DNA of 64,000 bases from an uncultured Candidatus Rokubacteria bacterium (GTDB lineage Bacteria > Methylomirabilota > Methylomirabilia > Rokubacteriales > CSP1-6): assembly GCA_963762145.1 (NCBI GenBank), contig CAVXJS010000005.1, positions 1 to 64,000 of the forward strand. Direction: 5' to 3'. This document shows, in pieces, positions 12,370 through 26,529 of this stretch (position 1 is its first letter; each line of letters opens with the position of its first letter). The notes under the pieces were generated by a model that was given only the letters and a program-made list of their open reading frames with translations, made no database searches and was not told the DNA's origin. A program made the translations under genes and the position numbers.

Positions 12370-13045
12370 GCCGTTGGTCGTCGCGGAGGAGCTGGAGCGG
12401 GAGTACCGCATGGGGCCGGAGCCGGTCCGGGTCCTCCGCGGGGTGAGCCTGACCGTGAATGCGGGCGAGAGCGTCGCCATCATCGGAGCCTCCGGGGTGG
12501 GCAAGTCCACGTTGCTCCACCTGCTGGGCACCCTCGACCGACCGACCAGCGGGCGCGTGATCTTCGACGGGGAGGACGTGTCGGCGCGCACGGACGCGGC
12601 CCTGGCCCGACTGCGCCGGACCGAGGTGGGCTTCATCTTCCAGTTCTACAATCTGCTCGGCGAGATGACCGCGCTCGAGAACGCCATGCTGCCGGCCCTG
12701 CTGCAGCGGGTCAGCGTGCCGGAAGCCCGCGAACGCGCCGCGGCGGCGCTGCACGAGGTCGGGCTCGCTGACCGGCAGGCGCACCGGCCCGGAGAGCTGT
12801 CCGGGGGGGAGCAGCAGCGCGTGGCGATCGCCCGAGCCCTCGTTGGCCGGCCGCGGCTGATCCTGGCCGACGAGCCGACCGGTAACCTGGATCCGAAAAC
12901 GAGCGAGGTCATCTGGGATCTCTTCCTGCGGCTCCAGGCCGAGCGCCATCTGGCCTTTGTGATTGCGACGCACAATCACGAACTGGCCCGCAAGGCGGAC
13001 CGCGGGTATCGGCTGGTGGACGGCCGCGCGGTCGCATGGCCATGA
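12362..13045 (+). CDS. lolD: Lipoprotein-releasing ABC transporter ATPase LolD
   Basis: GASGVGKSTLL, LSGGEQQRVAIARAL, LADEPTGNLD; directly follows lolE. Confidence 0.92.
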   Translation: MSEPLVVAEELEREYRMGPEPVRVLRGVSLTVNAGESVAIIGASGVGKSTLLHLLGTLDRPTSGRVIFDGEDVSARTDAALARLRRTEVGFIFQFYNLLGEMTALENAMLPALLQRVSVPEARERAAAALHEVGLADRQAHRPGELSGGEQQRVAIARALVGRPRLILADEPTGNLDPKTSEVIWDLFLRLQAERHLAFVIATHNHELARKADRGYRLVDGRAVAWP

Positions 13046-13054
13046 GCCCACGAG

Positions 13055-13067
13055 TTTCAAGGGGTTA
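13055..13067 (+). promoter_or_regulatory. Possible IHF-binding site upstream of clpC
   Basis: TTTCAAGGGGTTA versus consensus WATCAANNNNTTR (one mismatch), in an AT-richer intergenic region. Confidence 0.3.
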
Positions 13068-13216
13068 CACGGTCGTAACGGGCAGCGTCACAAGAAAGGG
13101 CTAGGCCGAAGGCGCCCGAAGGCATATACTCATCGCAGGTTTAGGGAGCATCGGGGTGAAGTCGGGCCCCCCGGCGAGCCATAACCCGAAGTCAGAAAGG
13201 CGCGAGGTCACCCACA

Positions 13217-15664
<2,448 letters not shown>

Positions 15665-15688
15665 ACCCAGGCACACGAACCTACGTCC

Positions 15689-17985
15689 TTGATGACCGCT
15701 CGGGGGAGATGCGCTCTCTCCATTTTTTTTGCCCTGCTCCTCGGGCCTCTTCCGGCGCTTGCGCAGGCGCCCCCCGTTCCGCCGGAGCGTCCGGTCCTCG
15801 TCAAGGAGATCGCGGTCCAGGGTAACCGCCGGGTCCAGGAGGCGGTGATCCTGGGGCGGGTGGGCCTCAAGATCGGCTCCCCGTTCGTCGCCAGCCGCAC
15901 CGCGGAGGACATCCGGGCCATCTTCTCCCTCGGCTTCTTCGACGACGTCCAGGTCCGGGTCGAGGACTTCGAGGGCGGCGTCAAGCTCACCTACGTGGTG
16001 ACCGAGCGGCCCTTCGTCCGCGACGTCCTCTTCTCGGGGAACAAGAAGCAGGACTCGTCCACGCTGCTCGAGAAGATCGACCTCAAGCTCGGTACCGTGT
16101 ACAACCCGGTCGAGGTCAACCGCGCCGCGGATAAGCTCAAGGAGTTCTACGAGACGGAGGGCTACTTCGAGGTCGGCATCACCCCGGAGGTCGAGAAGCT
16201 GGCGGACGGCGACGTGACCATCACGTTCAGGATCGCGGAGGGCCGGCGGATCACCATCGAGCAGATCGTCATCGAGGGGACCCAGGGGCTCACCCCCAAG
16301 CAGGTCCGGGGCGCGATGGAGACCCAGGAGCGGGAGTTCTACATCCTGCGCGGGACCGTCCAGCGGCAGCAGCCTGGACGAGGACGTCGACCGCATCGTC
16401 CAGCTCTACAGCGATCACGGCTACATCCAGGCGCGGGTCGAGAAGTCGGAGATCAAGGTGGACCGGGAGCGCGCCCGGGCCACCATCCGCATCCGGTGGT
16501 GGAGGGGCCGCAGTTCCAGGTCGGCGGCGTGGACGTGACCGGCAACTCGCTCCTGCCCGAGGAGGAGATCCGCGAAGCGCATCCTGCTCAATCGGGAGAC
16601 GTTTCTCGCGAGGCCAAGCTCCGCGACAGCGTCACGGGCATCCAGGACCTCTACAGCGTCATCGGCCGCGCCTCCGCCGACGTGACCCCGCAACACGATG
16701 CAGGACACCCCCAACCGCCTCGTCAACATGGTGTTCGAGATCGTGGAGGGGCCCGAGGTCTTCGTCGAGCGCATCAATATCTCCGGCAACACCCGCAGCG
16801 AGGAGAAGATCCTCCGCCGCGAGATCCCGATGGCGCGAGGGCGATCTCTTCACGACCGCCGAAGCTCGTCCGGGCCGACCAGAAGCTCACCAACCTCGAC
16901 TACTTCGACAAGGTCGAGGCCACGACCGACGCCGGGTCGACCAAGGACAAGATCGTCGTCAACATCGAGGTGACCGAGAAGCCCACCGGCCTCTTCTCGA
17001 TCGGCGGCGGGTACAGCTCCCAGGACGGCGTCCTCGGCAGCGTCGACCTCTCCCAGCGCAACTTCCTCGGCAGGGGCTGGGAGGTGTTCCTCCGCATCTG
17101 CGCGGGCGGCAGAACCCAGACAGGGCACCATCGGCTTCACCGAGCCCTGGCTGTTCGACCGGCCCCTCGCCGCCGGCTTCGACCTGTTCAACAACCGCGC
17201 GCGAGTACGACCGAGTACACGGTGAACTCGCTCGGCGGCGACATCCGGTTCGGCCACCCCATCGGCGAGTTCTCGCGCTGGAACCGATCTACCGGGTCAG
17301 CGAGGACGACGTCTCCGACGTGCCGAGCGGCAGCCAGCAGGCCCTAACGACGAGGAGGGCAGCGGCTGACGTCGCTGGTCGGCGGGAGCCTGTCGTGCGG
17401 ACAGCCGCGACAACATCTTCGAGCCCGACGCGCGGGAGCGTCGGCCTCCATCGGCGCTGACGTCGCCGGGATCGGCTTCGGCGACAGCAAGTTCGTCCGG
17501 AGCATCGTCGGCACCGCCGCGCGCTTCCAGCCCGCTGTGGCTCGACCACGTGCTCGGCGTCCGCATCACTCGTCGGCTACGCGGTGGGCTGGTCCGACGA
17601 GCCGGTGCCGCTGTTCGAGCGCTTCTACCTGGGTGGCGCCGAACTCGCATCCGCAGCTTCAAGCTCCGGCAGGTCTCGCCGGTGGACGTCCAGCGGCACC
17701 CGGATCGGCGGCAACATCGAGGTCCTCGGCAACATCGAGTACGTCATCCCGCTCTTCTTCGGGATCCGGGCCGCGCATGTTCTACGACGTCGGCAACGTG
17801 TACGGTCCCGACATCGCGAGCGGCGACCGTTCGACATCACCAAGGTCCGCCACGCGATCGGCGTCGGGCTTCCGCTGGGCCTCGCCCTTCGGGCCCCTGC
17901 GGGTGGATTACGGCGATCGAACGTCGACCGGAAGAATGGGGAGAATTTCGGGCAGTTCCACTTCTCCGTGGGCGCGCCTTTCTAG
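15689..17985 (+). CDS. bamA: Outer membrane protein assembly factor BamA (multiple indels)
   Basis: Signal peptide, POTRA repeats (IAVQGNRRV, INISGNTRSEEKILRRE), ERFYLGG, C-terminal FHFSVGAPF. Confidence 0.92.
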
Positions 17986-18042
17986 CCGACCCGTTGTACC
18001 CTGTACGCCGTTGGCGGATTCCACGGTGAGGAGGCAGGCAAC

Positions 18043-18608
18043 ATGAGGAACACGACGACGCGCGCCCTGTGGGCGGCGGTGGCCGTCGCGGTCGCGCTCG
18101 CCGGCGGGGCGGCATTGCTCCGGCCGCGCGGCGGCCCAGGGGCCGCCCCGATCGGGTCGCGTTCGTGGACGTGCAGCGGGTGCTCGCGCGCTCGGCGGCC
18201 GGGGTGGCCGCGCGCGAGCAGCTCGAGCAGCGAGAAGGCGGCGATGCAGAAGCAGGTCGACGGTCAGCAGATCGAGCCGAGAAGCTCCGCGACGAGCTGG
18301 AGAAGAAGGGCCAGCTCCTCTCCGCGGACGCCGCCGCGAGAAGCAGGAGAACCTCGAGCGCAAGGTCCGCGACGTCCGTCGCCTCGTGGACGACCTGCAG
18401 AAGGAACTCCAGAAGAAGGAGCAGGAGATCCTCGCCAAAGGTCCTCAACGACATCTCCGGGGTCGTGCAGAAGATCGGCAAGGACAAGGGCTACACGATG
18501 ATCGTGGAGCGGCGGGGTGCCTCGGTGGTGTGCGGCGCGCCCGAGGCCGATGTAACCGAGGAGGTCGTCCGCGCCTTCGACGACGAGACCAAGAAGGCCA
18601 AGAAGTAG
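18043..18608 (+). CDS. skp: Periplasmic chaperone Skp/OmpH (frameshifted)
   Basis: Signal peptide, VAFVDVQRVL, coiled coil, GYTMIVE...DVTEEVVRAFD; follows bamA. Confidence 0.85.
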
Positions 18609-18611
18609 CCG

Positions 18612-19460
18612 GTGAGGGGCCCCGCGATCCACGCCAGTCGCCCTGGTCGACCCGGCCGCCCGGCTGGGCGACGACGTCCACATCGGGCCCGTGGAGCCTC
18701 GTCGGCCCGGACGTCGAGCCGGTGACGGCACCGAGATCGGCGCTCACGTCGTCCTGGAGGGCCGGGTGGTCATCGGGGCCCGCTGCCGCATCGGCCACGG
18801 CGCGATCATCGGCGGCGTGCCGCAGGACCTGAAGTTCCGCGCGGGCACGCCCGCCGGGTGTCCGCATCGGCGACGACACGGTGCGTCCGCGAGTACGTCA
18901 CCATCCATCGCGCCACCCACGAGGGTCGCGACACGATGATCGGCCGCCACTGCCTCGTCATGGCCATCGGCCACGTGGCCCACGACTGCGTGCTCGGCGA
19001 CCACGTCATCATGATCAACTGCGCGGCCCTCGACCGGCCACATCATCGTCGAGGACCGGGCGACCATCGGCGGCCTCGCCGGCGATCCACCCGTTCAGCC
19101 GCATCGGCACCTCGCCTACATCGGCGGCTGCTCCAAGGTGACCCAGGACGTGCCGCCGTTCGTGATCGCGGACGGCGCGCCCGCGGTCGCGCGCTCGGTG
19201 AACGTGGTCGGGCATGCGCCGCGCCGGCATCGACGCCGCCGGCGCGGCGGCAGGTGCAGGAGGCGTTCCGCCTGCTCTATCGCTCGGGCGTGGCCCCCGG
19301 CTCCGCGGTCGAGCGGCTGCGCGCCGAGATGGAGCTCGGCCACCATCCTCTGGTCGCGCGCCTCGTCGAGTTCGTGGAGACGTCCAAGCGCGGCATCGTC
19401 CCCGGCCGGGCCGGCGCCGCGAGGCGACGCGGAGGCGAGTGGAGGAGGCGGATCTGGTGA
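18612..19460 (+). CDS. lpxA: Acyl-ACP--UDP-GlcNAc acyltransferase LpxA (frameshifted)
   Basis: Hexapeptide repeats, [37 protein letters not shown]. Confidence 0.9.
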
Positions 19461-20496
19461 GCGGCCGTCGAGCCCAAGATCCGCGGCGCGGGTGGTCGGC
19501 GCCGGGCACATGGGCCAGTACCACATCCTGGCCCTGGCCGAGATCTGGGGCGTGGAGCTGGTCGGGGTCGTGGACACCGACTTCGCCAAGGCGCAGCGAG
19601 GTCGCGGCGCCATACGGCAGCGCGCGCCTACTCGCGATCACCGCGAGCTGGCCGGGCCAGATCGACTTCGCCACGGTGGCGGTGCCCACCGAGCAGCACT
19701 TCGACGGTGGCGCGCGACCTGCTCGAAGCGGGCGCCCACGTGCTCGTCGAGAAGCCCATGACCGCCACCCTCGAGGAGGCCAAGGAGCTCTTCCGGATCG
19801 CCCGCGAGCAGCGCCGCGTGCTCCACGTGGGCCACGTCGAGCGCTTCAACGGGGCGGTGCAGGAGCTCCGGAAGATCGTGGAGCGGCCCGATCCTCATCG
19901 AGTCGCGCCGGCTCGGCCCCTTCGTGCCGCGCGTGCAGAGCGACTCGGTGGTGATGGACCTCATGATCCACGACATCGACATCGTGCTGGGCCTCGTGGA
20001 CGGCGAGCCGCGCAAGATCACCGCGGTCGGCTCCGCGGTGCAGTCGCAGGTCACCGACGTGGCCACCGTGCAGATCGTCTTCGACAGCGGGGACGATGGC
20101 CACCATCACCGCGAGCCGCGCCACCGAGGAGAAGATCCGCACGCTCGCCATCACCCAGCCGGACGCCTACATCGTGCTCGACTACATCGCACCAGGACAT
20201 CGAGATCTACCGGCGCGCCGCGCAGGAGTACACGCTCAACCGCGAGTCCATCCGCTACCGCCAGGCCTCCTTCGTGGAGCACCTGCTCGTGCACAAGGAC
20301 AACCCCCTGAAGCTGGAGATCCGCCATCTGATCTCGGCCGCGCGCGCCGCCGACGGGGGCGGGCAGCGTGGAGCTGCCCGAGGCGGAGGACCTCAGGTCG
20401 CTGGCCGTCGCGCTGGAGATCGAGCGGATGATCCGCGAGGGCCGGGGCGAGATCGCCTGGCCGAAGGATCTTCCGTGGAGCGCCCCCTCGGCCTGA
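19457..20496 (+). CDS. Gfo/Idh/MocA oxidoreductase, GnnA-like (frameshifted)
   Basis: [35 protein letters not shown]; located between lpxA and lpxI. Confidence 0.85.
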
Positions 20497-21286
20497 TGGC
20501 CGGGGCCGGGACTCTCCCGGCCGCGCCGCCGCGGAGGCCCGGCGACAGGGCTGGCGCGTGGTCGCCTTCGCCTTCGAGGACGCCCCCGGCCTGGCCGACG
20601 CCGCCGACGCCTTCATCCCGTCCACCATCACCGACATCCAGGCCGTGCTCGCCGGGCTCGCGGCGCGCGCGCGTGGAGGCGGCGCGTCTTCGTCGGCAAG
20701 TTCTGGAAGTCGAGCGTCTTCTCCCAGGTACGAGCAGGCCGACGACGCCGGCCGCGAGCTCGCGTCGCGGCGGCCTCTCGGACGCGGCGCTCGCCCAGAT
20801 GGTGGTGGCGACCCTCGGCGGCATGGGCATCGAGGTGCTCGACCAGCGGGAGTTCCTCGCCCCGTGGCTCCTGCCGGCGGGCGCGCTCGGCGCCGCGGGC
20901 GCCGAGCGTCCGCCGAGTGGGAGGAGATCCGCGAGGGCTTCCGCCTGGCGGGCCGGCTCGCCGCCGACGGCGTCGGCCAGACGGTGGTGCGCGCCCGCGG
21001 CGTGACGGTGGCGCTGGAGGCCGCGGAGGGAACCGACGAGGCCATCCGAAGAGGCGGGCGTCTGGCGGGGCCCGGCGCGGTCGTGGTGAAGGCGGTGGCG
21101 CCCTCCCACGACTACCGGTTCGACATCCCCACCGTGGGCGCGGCCACGCTCGAGGCCATGCGCGAGGCCGGCGCCACCGCGCTGGCGGTCCCGGCCGGCC
21201 GGGTGCTCCTCGTCGATCGCGACGAGGTGGTGCGCCTCGCGGACCAGACGGGCATCGCGGTGGTGAGCGTCGATGATGCCGGCTGA
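20475..21286 (+). CDS. lpxI: UDP-2,3-diacylglucosamine pyrophosphatase LpxI (frameshifted)
   Basis: [42 protein letters not shown]. Confidence 0.88.
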
Positions 21287-21361
21287 GCGATCCGCGCGCC
21301 TCGGCGAGCCGGGGGTCGGGCTTCGCGCCGCGCGCGTCGTGCTCGACACGGCGCGGGCCGG

Positions 21362-22018
21362 ATGAAGATCCCGGCTCCGCTCGCGCTCGCCGCCGGCCCC
21401 GCCCTCGGCGCGATCGCGGTGCGCATGCTCGCGGGCACCCTGCGCGTGAAGACCGAGGAGGCGACGGTGGCCCCTCTCTGGGCCGCGCGGGTTCCCGTGA
21501 TCTACGCGACGTGGCACGGGCGCCTCCTGCTCTTACCCTGGCTCTACGGGCGGCGCGGCGCCCACGCCCTCACCAGCCGCTCGCGCGACGGCGAGATGGT
21601 GTCGCGGTGGATCCGCCGATTCGGCCTCGTGCCGGTCCGCGGCTCCTCCTCGCGCGGGGGCACCGACGCGCTCCGCGAGCTGACGCGCGCGGCTCCGGGC
21701 CGGCCGAGAAGTCGTCGTCGTGCCCGACGGCCCGCGGGGTCCGCGGGAAGTGCTCAAGCCCGGGGTGATCGTGCTGGCGCGGCTCTCCGGCGCGCCGATC
21801 GTGCCGATGGCGGTCGGAGCCTCGCGCGAGTGGCGCCTGCGCTCCTGGGACGAGTTCCGGATCCCGCGGCCCTTCGCCCGCTGCGTGGTGCGCTTCGGCG
21901 AGCCGATCCGCGTCTCGCGCACCGCCGATCGGGCCGGCCGAGGAAGCGGCCCGGAAGGAAGTGGAGGCGGCGCCTGCGCGGGTTGAGCTGGCAGGTGGAC
22001 GAGGAGGCGCGGCGCTGA
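21362..22018 (+). CDS. DUF374 lysophospholipid acyltransferase family (LpxJ-like; frameshifted)
   Basis: YATWHGRLL, SRSRDGE, VRGSSSRGG, PDGPRGP, SWDEFRIPRPF. Confidence 0.85.
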   Translation: MKIPAPLALAAGPALGAIAVRMLAGTLRVKTEEATVAPLWAARVPVIYATWHGRLLLLPWLYGRRGAHALTSRSRDGEMVSRWIRRFGLVPVRGSSSRGGTDALRELTRAAPGRPRSRRRARRPAGSAGSAQARGDRAGAALRRADRADGGRSLARVAPALLGRVPDPAALRPLRGALRRADPRLAHRRSGRPRKRPGRKWRRRLRGLSWQVDEEARR

Positions 22019-23315
22019 TGTATGCGCTCTACTCCGCGGTGCTCGGGGTCGGGCTGCTCGCCTACCTGCCGGCCTTCCTGGCGCGTCGCCGCCGCGCGGG
22101 CTACGGCCGGGACCTCGCGCAGCGCCTCGGGCGGTTCGGGCGACGGGCTGCCCTCCGAGCCGCGCTGCTGGATCCACGCGGTCTCGGTGGGCGAGTCGGC
22201 GGCGGCGGTGCCCCTCGTCGAGGGGATCCGGCAGCGCTGGCCGGAGCTCGGCATCGTGGTCAGCACGATCACGCCCACCGGCGCGCGCATCGTGCGCGAG
22301 CGCCTCGCCGGCACCGCCACCCACCGCTACTTCCCGCATCGATCTCCCGGGCCCGGTCCGGCACGCCCTCGACGCGGCGCGCCCGCGCTTCTTCATCGCG
22401 ATCGAGACCGAGCTCTGGCCCAACTTCCTGCGCGCCCTCGCGCGCGCGCCGGATCCCGGCCATGATCGCCAACGGGCGCATCTCCGACCGGTCGTTCCGC
22501 CGCTACGGCTGGGTCCGCGGGCTGATGCGGCGGGTGCTCGCGAACGTCTCCGTCTTCGCGATGCAGACCGAGGAGGACGCGCGGCGGATCATCGCGCTCG
22601 GCGCGCCGCCCGCGCGCGTGGTGGTGACCGGGAACCTGAAGAGCGACCTGGTCCCCGACGCGACCGGCGAGAACGCCGCCGCCTGGCGCGGAGCGGCTCC
22701 GCCTCGCCGCGGACGCGCGCGCTCTGGATCGCGGGCAGCACCCACCGCGGCGAGGAGACGATCGTCCTCGACGCCTTCCTCCAGCGCACGCGCGGGCTGT
22801 CCGGAGCTGGCCCTGCTGCTGGCGCCCCGCCACCCGGAGCGGGTCGGCGAGGTCGAGGCGCTGATCCGCGAGCGGGGCCTGGCCGCGGTCCGACGCAGCG
22901 GCCTCCCGGCCGACGCGGCACCCGGCGCGGTCGTCATCCTGGATACCGTGGGCGAGCTGGCCGCGCTCTACGCCCTCGCCGAGGTCGTCTTCGTCGGCGG
23001 CAGCCTCGTGCCGATCGGCGGCCACAACGTGCTCGAGCCGGCCATGCGCGGCAAACCGGTGCTCGTGGGCCCGCACATGAGCAACTTTCGCGAAGGCGCG
23101 GAGCTGCTGCAGCGCAGCGGGGGCGGGCTCGTCGTCAAGGACGGCCCCGAGCTCGAGCGCGAGCTCGCGCGGCTGCTGGTGGACCGGCGCGCTCGCCCGG
23201 CGCATGGGCGAGGCCGCCCGCCAGGCCTTCGCAGGACGGCAGGGTGCGGTGAGCGCCACGCTCGACCTGATCGGCCGCCACCTGTGGCCGCGCGCCCAGG
23301 ACATCGCGTCAGTGA
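22018..23315 (+). CDS. waaA: Kdo transferase WaaA (frameshifted; 3' end uncertain)
   Basis: WIHAVSVGE, ETELWPNF, NGRISDRSF, VTGNLKSD, LAPRHPER, DTVGELAALY, GGHNVLEPA. Confidence 0.92.
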
Positions 23316-24444
23316 CGACCCCGCGCCGGGCACCCGAGGTGCTGCTGCGCCGGTACTGGGACGATCCGGACACGCCGGTGGTGACCGCCGGCCTCTCCGC
23401 GCTCAGCCTCGGCTACCGCGGGGGCGCTCCGCGTTCGGGACCTGGCCTACCGCTTCAAGATCCTGCGCACCGGGCGGCTGCCGTGCGCGGTGGTCTCGGT
23501 CGGCAATCTCACCCTGGGCGGCAGCGGCAAGACCCCGACGGTCGAGCTGGTGGTGCGCACGCTGCGCGAGCTGGGCGCGGTGCCCGCGGTGGTGAGCCGC
23601 GGGCTACGGCCGGGTCACGCGCGGCGTGCAGATCGTCGCGGACCGCGAAGGCGTGCGGACCGACGCGCGCACCGCCGGCGACGAGCCGCTGCTGCTCGCC
23701 GAGCGGCTGCCCGGCGTCGCGGTGGTGGTGGGCGAGAGTCGCTATCGAGGCCGGACGCGTCGCGGTCGAGCGTCTCGGGGCGACCGCGCTGGTGCTCGAC
23801 GACGGCTTCCAGCACCGGACGCTCGCGAAGGACCTGGAGGTCCTCGTGGTGCAGGGTCGCGCTCCGTGGGGCAATGCCCGCGTCTTTCCCCGCGGCATGC
23901 TCCGCGAGCCGCTCGCCGGACTGGCCCGCGCGCACGCGATCGTGGTGACCAATCCCGCCGGGCCCCGCGGCGGTGGAGGCGGTGACCGCGATGGTGCGGC
24001 GCTTCAAGCACGCCGCGCCGGTGCTCGCGGCCAGCTACCAGCCATCAGGACGCGATCGAGACGAAGAGCGGACGGCGCGTCCCGGTGGCGGAGCTGGCGG
24101 GCCGCCGGCTCCTGGCCTTCGCGGGGCTCGGCTCGCCCCAGGGCTTTGCCGAGACGCTGGACGCCGCGGGCATCCGGCGCGTGGCGTTCGCCGAGTTCCC
24201 CGATCATCACTGGTTCACGCCCGGCGATCTGCGGGAGCTCGTCCAGGACGCGCGGGCGGCCGGGGCCGAGGGCCTGATCACGACCGAGAAGGACTGGGTG
24301 CGGCTCCGCGACCTGCCGCCGTCTCCCCTCCCGCTCTGGGTGCTGCCGGTGCGGCTCGTCGCTCGAATCGGGGCCAGCGAGCACTGGTCGCGGCTGCTGG
24401 CGGGCGTCCTGTCCGCCGCGCCGCTCGGCCGTCCCTGCTCATGA
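23312..24444 (+). CDS. lpxK: Tetraacyldisaccharide 4'-kinase (frameshifted)
   Basis: VSVGNLTLGGSGKTP, GDEPLLLA, LDDGFQHR, GMLREP, FPDHH, LITTEKD. Confidence 0.92.
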
Positions 24445-25450
24445 GCGCCGCCATCGTCGTCCGAACCCCGAACTGGCTGGGCGACACCGTGATGGCGCTC
24501 CCCATGCTGGCCGCGCTCCGCGCCGCCGAGCCGGCCGCGCGCATCACCCTCGTCGGTCGGTGGGCCACGCTCCTGGCCGGGCAGGGGGTCGCCGACGTCG
24601 CGCTGCCGTATCCGACGCCGCTCGCGCCGCGCCGCGGCTGGCGCGCGCGCTCGCGGCCGAGCGCGCCGGACGTGGCGGTGCTCCTGCCGAGCTCCATCGA
24701 GGCGGCGCTGGCGGCCTGGCGCTGGCGCGCGGCGCCGCCGCGTCGGCTACGCCACCGACGGGCGCGCGGCCGCTCCTCACCGACGCGCTGCCGCTGCCCG
24801 CGCCGCGCCTGCACCAGGTGGACGAGTACGCGGCGGCTCGCTCGACGCCGCTCGGCGTGCGCGGCGTCGCCGCGGCGCCCGCGTGGACCCTGCGCCGCGA
24901 CGACGCGGATGGACGCGGAGGTCGCGCGGCTCCTGGCCGAGGCGCGGCGTCGGGGCCGACGCGCGCCTCGGTCGGCCTCCACCTGGGCGCGGCCTTCGGG
25001 AGCTCGCAAGCTCTGGCCCGCGGAGGCCTTCGGCGCGCCTCGCGAACGGCTCGCCGCGGCCGGACTCACGCCCGGTCCTGCTGGGCACCCGCGGACGACG
25101 CGGACACCGCCGCCGCGGTCGTCCTCGCCGCGCGGCGGACCGATCGCGTCCCTCGTCGGCCGCGACCGGCCCGCGCTGCTGCCGCGGCTGCTCGCGCGCC
25201 TGCGCTGCCTCGTGAGCGGGGACACCGGCGTGGCGCACCTGGCCGCCGCGGTCGGCGTGGCCACCGTGACGCTCTTCGGACCGACCGATCCGCCGGCTCA
25301 CCGCCCCGCGCGGACGCGCCAGCCGGACCCTCGACCGCGGCGGCGCCGTGCGCGCCCTGCTTTCTTCCTCGCTGTCCCATCGACCATGTCTGCCTCACCC
25401 GGATCGATCCGGACGAGGTGCTGCACGAGGTCAGGCAGGCCGTGGCGTGA
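24441..25450 (+). CDS. waaF: GT9 LPS heptosyltransferase II-like (frameshifted)
   Basis: PNWLGDTVMALP, VSGDTGVAHLAAAVG, TLFGPT, CAPC...CPIDHVCLTRI. Confidence 0.8.
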
Positions 25451-26529
25451 AGACGGTGCTGCACACGGAAGCCTCGCCCGGGCTGGGCGGCCAGGAGGTG
25501 CGCACGCTCAACGAGGCCCGCTGGACGGTCGAGCGCGGCTGGCGCGTGCTGGTCGCCGGCCAGCCCGACGGGCGCCTGCTGGAGCGCGCGCGCGCCGCCG
25601 GGCTCGAGACCGCGCCGATCCGCATGGCCGGCCCGGCGGATCCGCCGCGCGCTGGTCCGCCTGGTGCGGCTGATCCGGCGCGAGCGGGTGAGCCTGGTGC
25701 ACACGCACAGCTCGATCGACGCCTGGCTCGGCGGCATCGCGGCCCGGCTCTGCCGCGTGCCGGTCGTGCGCACCCGGCACGTCTCGATCGCCATCCGGCG
25801 CGGCCTGAATCCGGTCTACCGCTGGCTCGCCGACCGCGTCATCACGAGCGGCGAGGCCATCCGGCGGCTGGTGCTGGAGGTCGGCGTGCCGCCCGAGCGG
25901 GTCATCGCGATCCCGGCCGGCGTCGAACCTCGAGTCGTTTCCGTTCGGCGTCCGCGCGCCGGAGACCGCGCCGCGAGCTCGGCCTGGGCCATCCGGTCAT
26001 CGGCTCGGTCGCGATGTTCCGCGGCTCCAAGGGCCACCGCAGCTCCTGCAGGCCTTCGCGATGGTCCGCGAGAAGCGGCCCGGCGCCACGCTCCTCCTGG
26101 TCGGCGACGGGATCCGGCGCGCCTGGGTCGAGCAGCTCGCCCGCGAGGCGAAGCTCTCGGACGCGGTGGTCTTCACCGGCTTCCGCCCCGACGTGCCGGC
26201 CCTGCTCGCGACCATGGACTGCTTCGCCCAGGCCTCCACGCGCACCGAGGGCGTGCCGCAGGCGCTGCTCCAGGCCTTCGCCACCGGCGTGCCGGTCGTG
26301 GCGAGCCGGATCGGGGGCATTCCCGAGGTCGTCGCCGACGGGATGACCGGACTGCTCGTCGAGAGTGAATCGGTCGAGAGCCTCGCCGCCGCGGATCGAG
26401 CGCGTGCTGGACGATCCCGACGGGGCCGCGCAGCGGGCCCGCGCGGCCCGGGCCCTCGTGGAGGCGCGCTTCTCGCACACCCACGCGATCGACCGTTTGC
26501 TCGAGGTCTACGACGAGCTGCTCGCATGA
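25447..26529 (+). CDS. GT4 glycosyltransferase 1 (frameshifted)
   Basis: LHTEASPGLGGQE, HTHSSID, VRTRH, EGVPQALLQAFATGVPVV. Confidence 0.85.

Noticed and set aside
19707-21005. Oxidoreductase-LpxI fusion ORF
   Set aside because: Mosaic of in-frame and off-frame segments caused by multiple indels.
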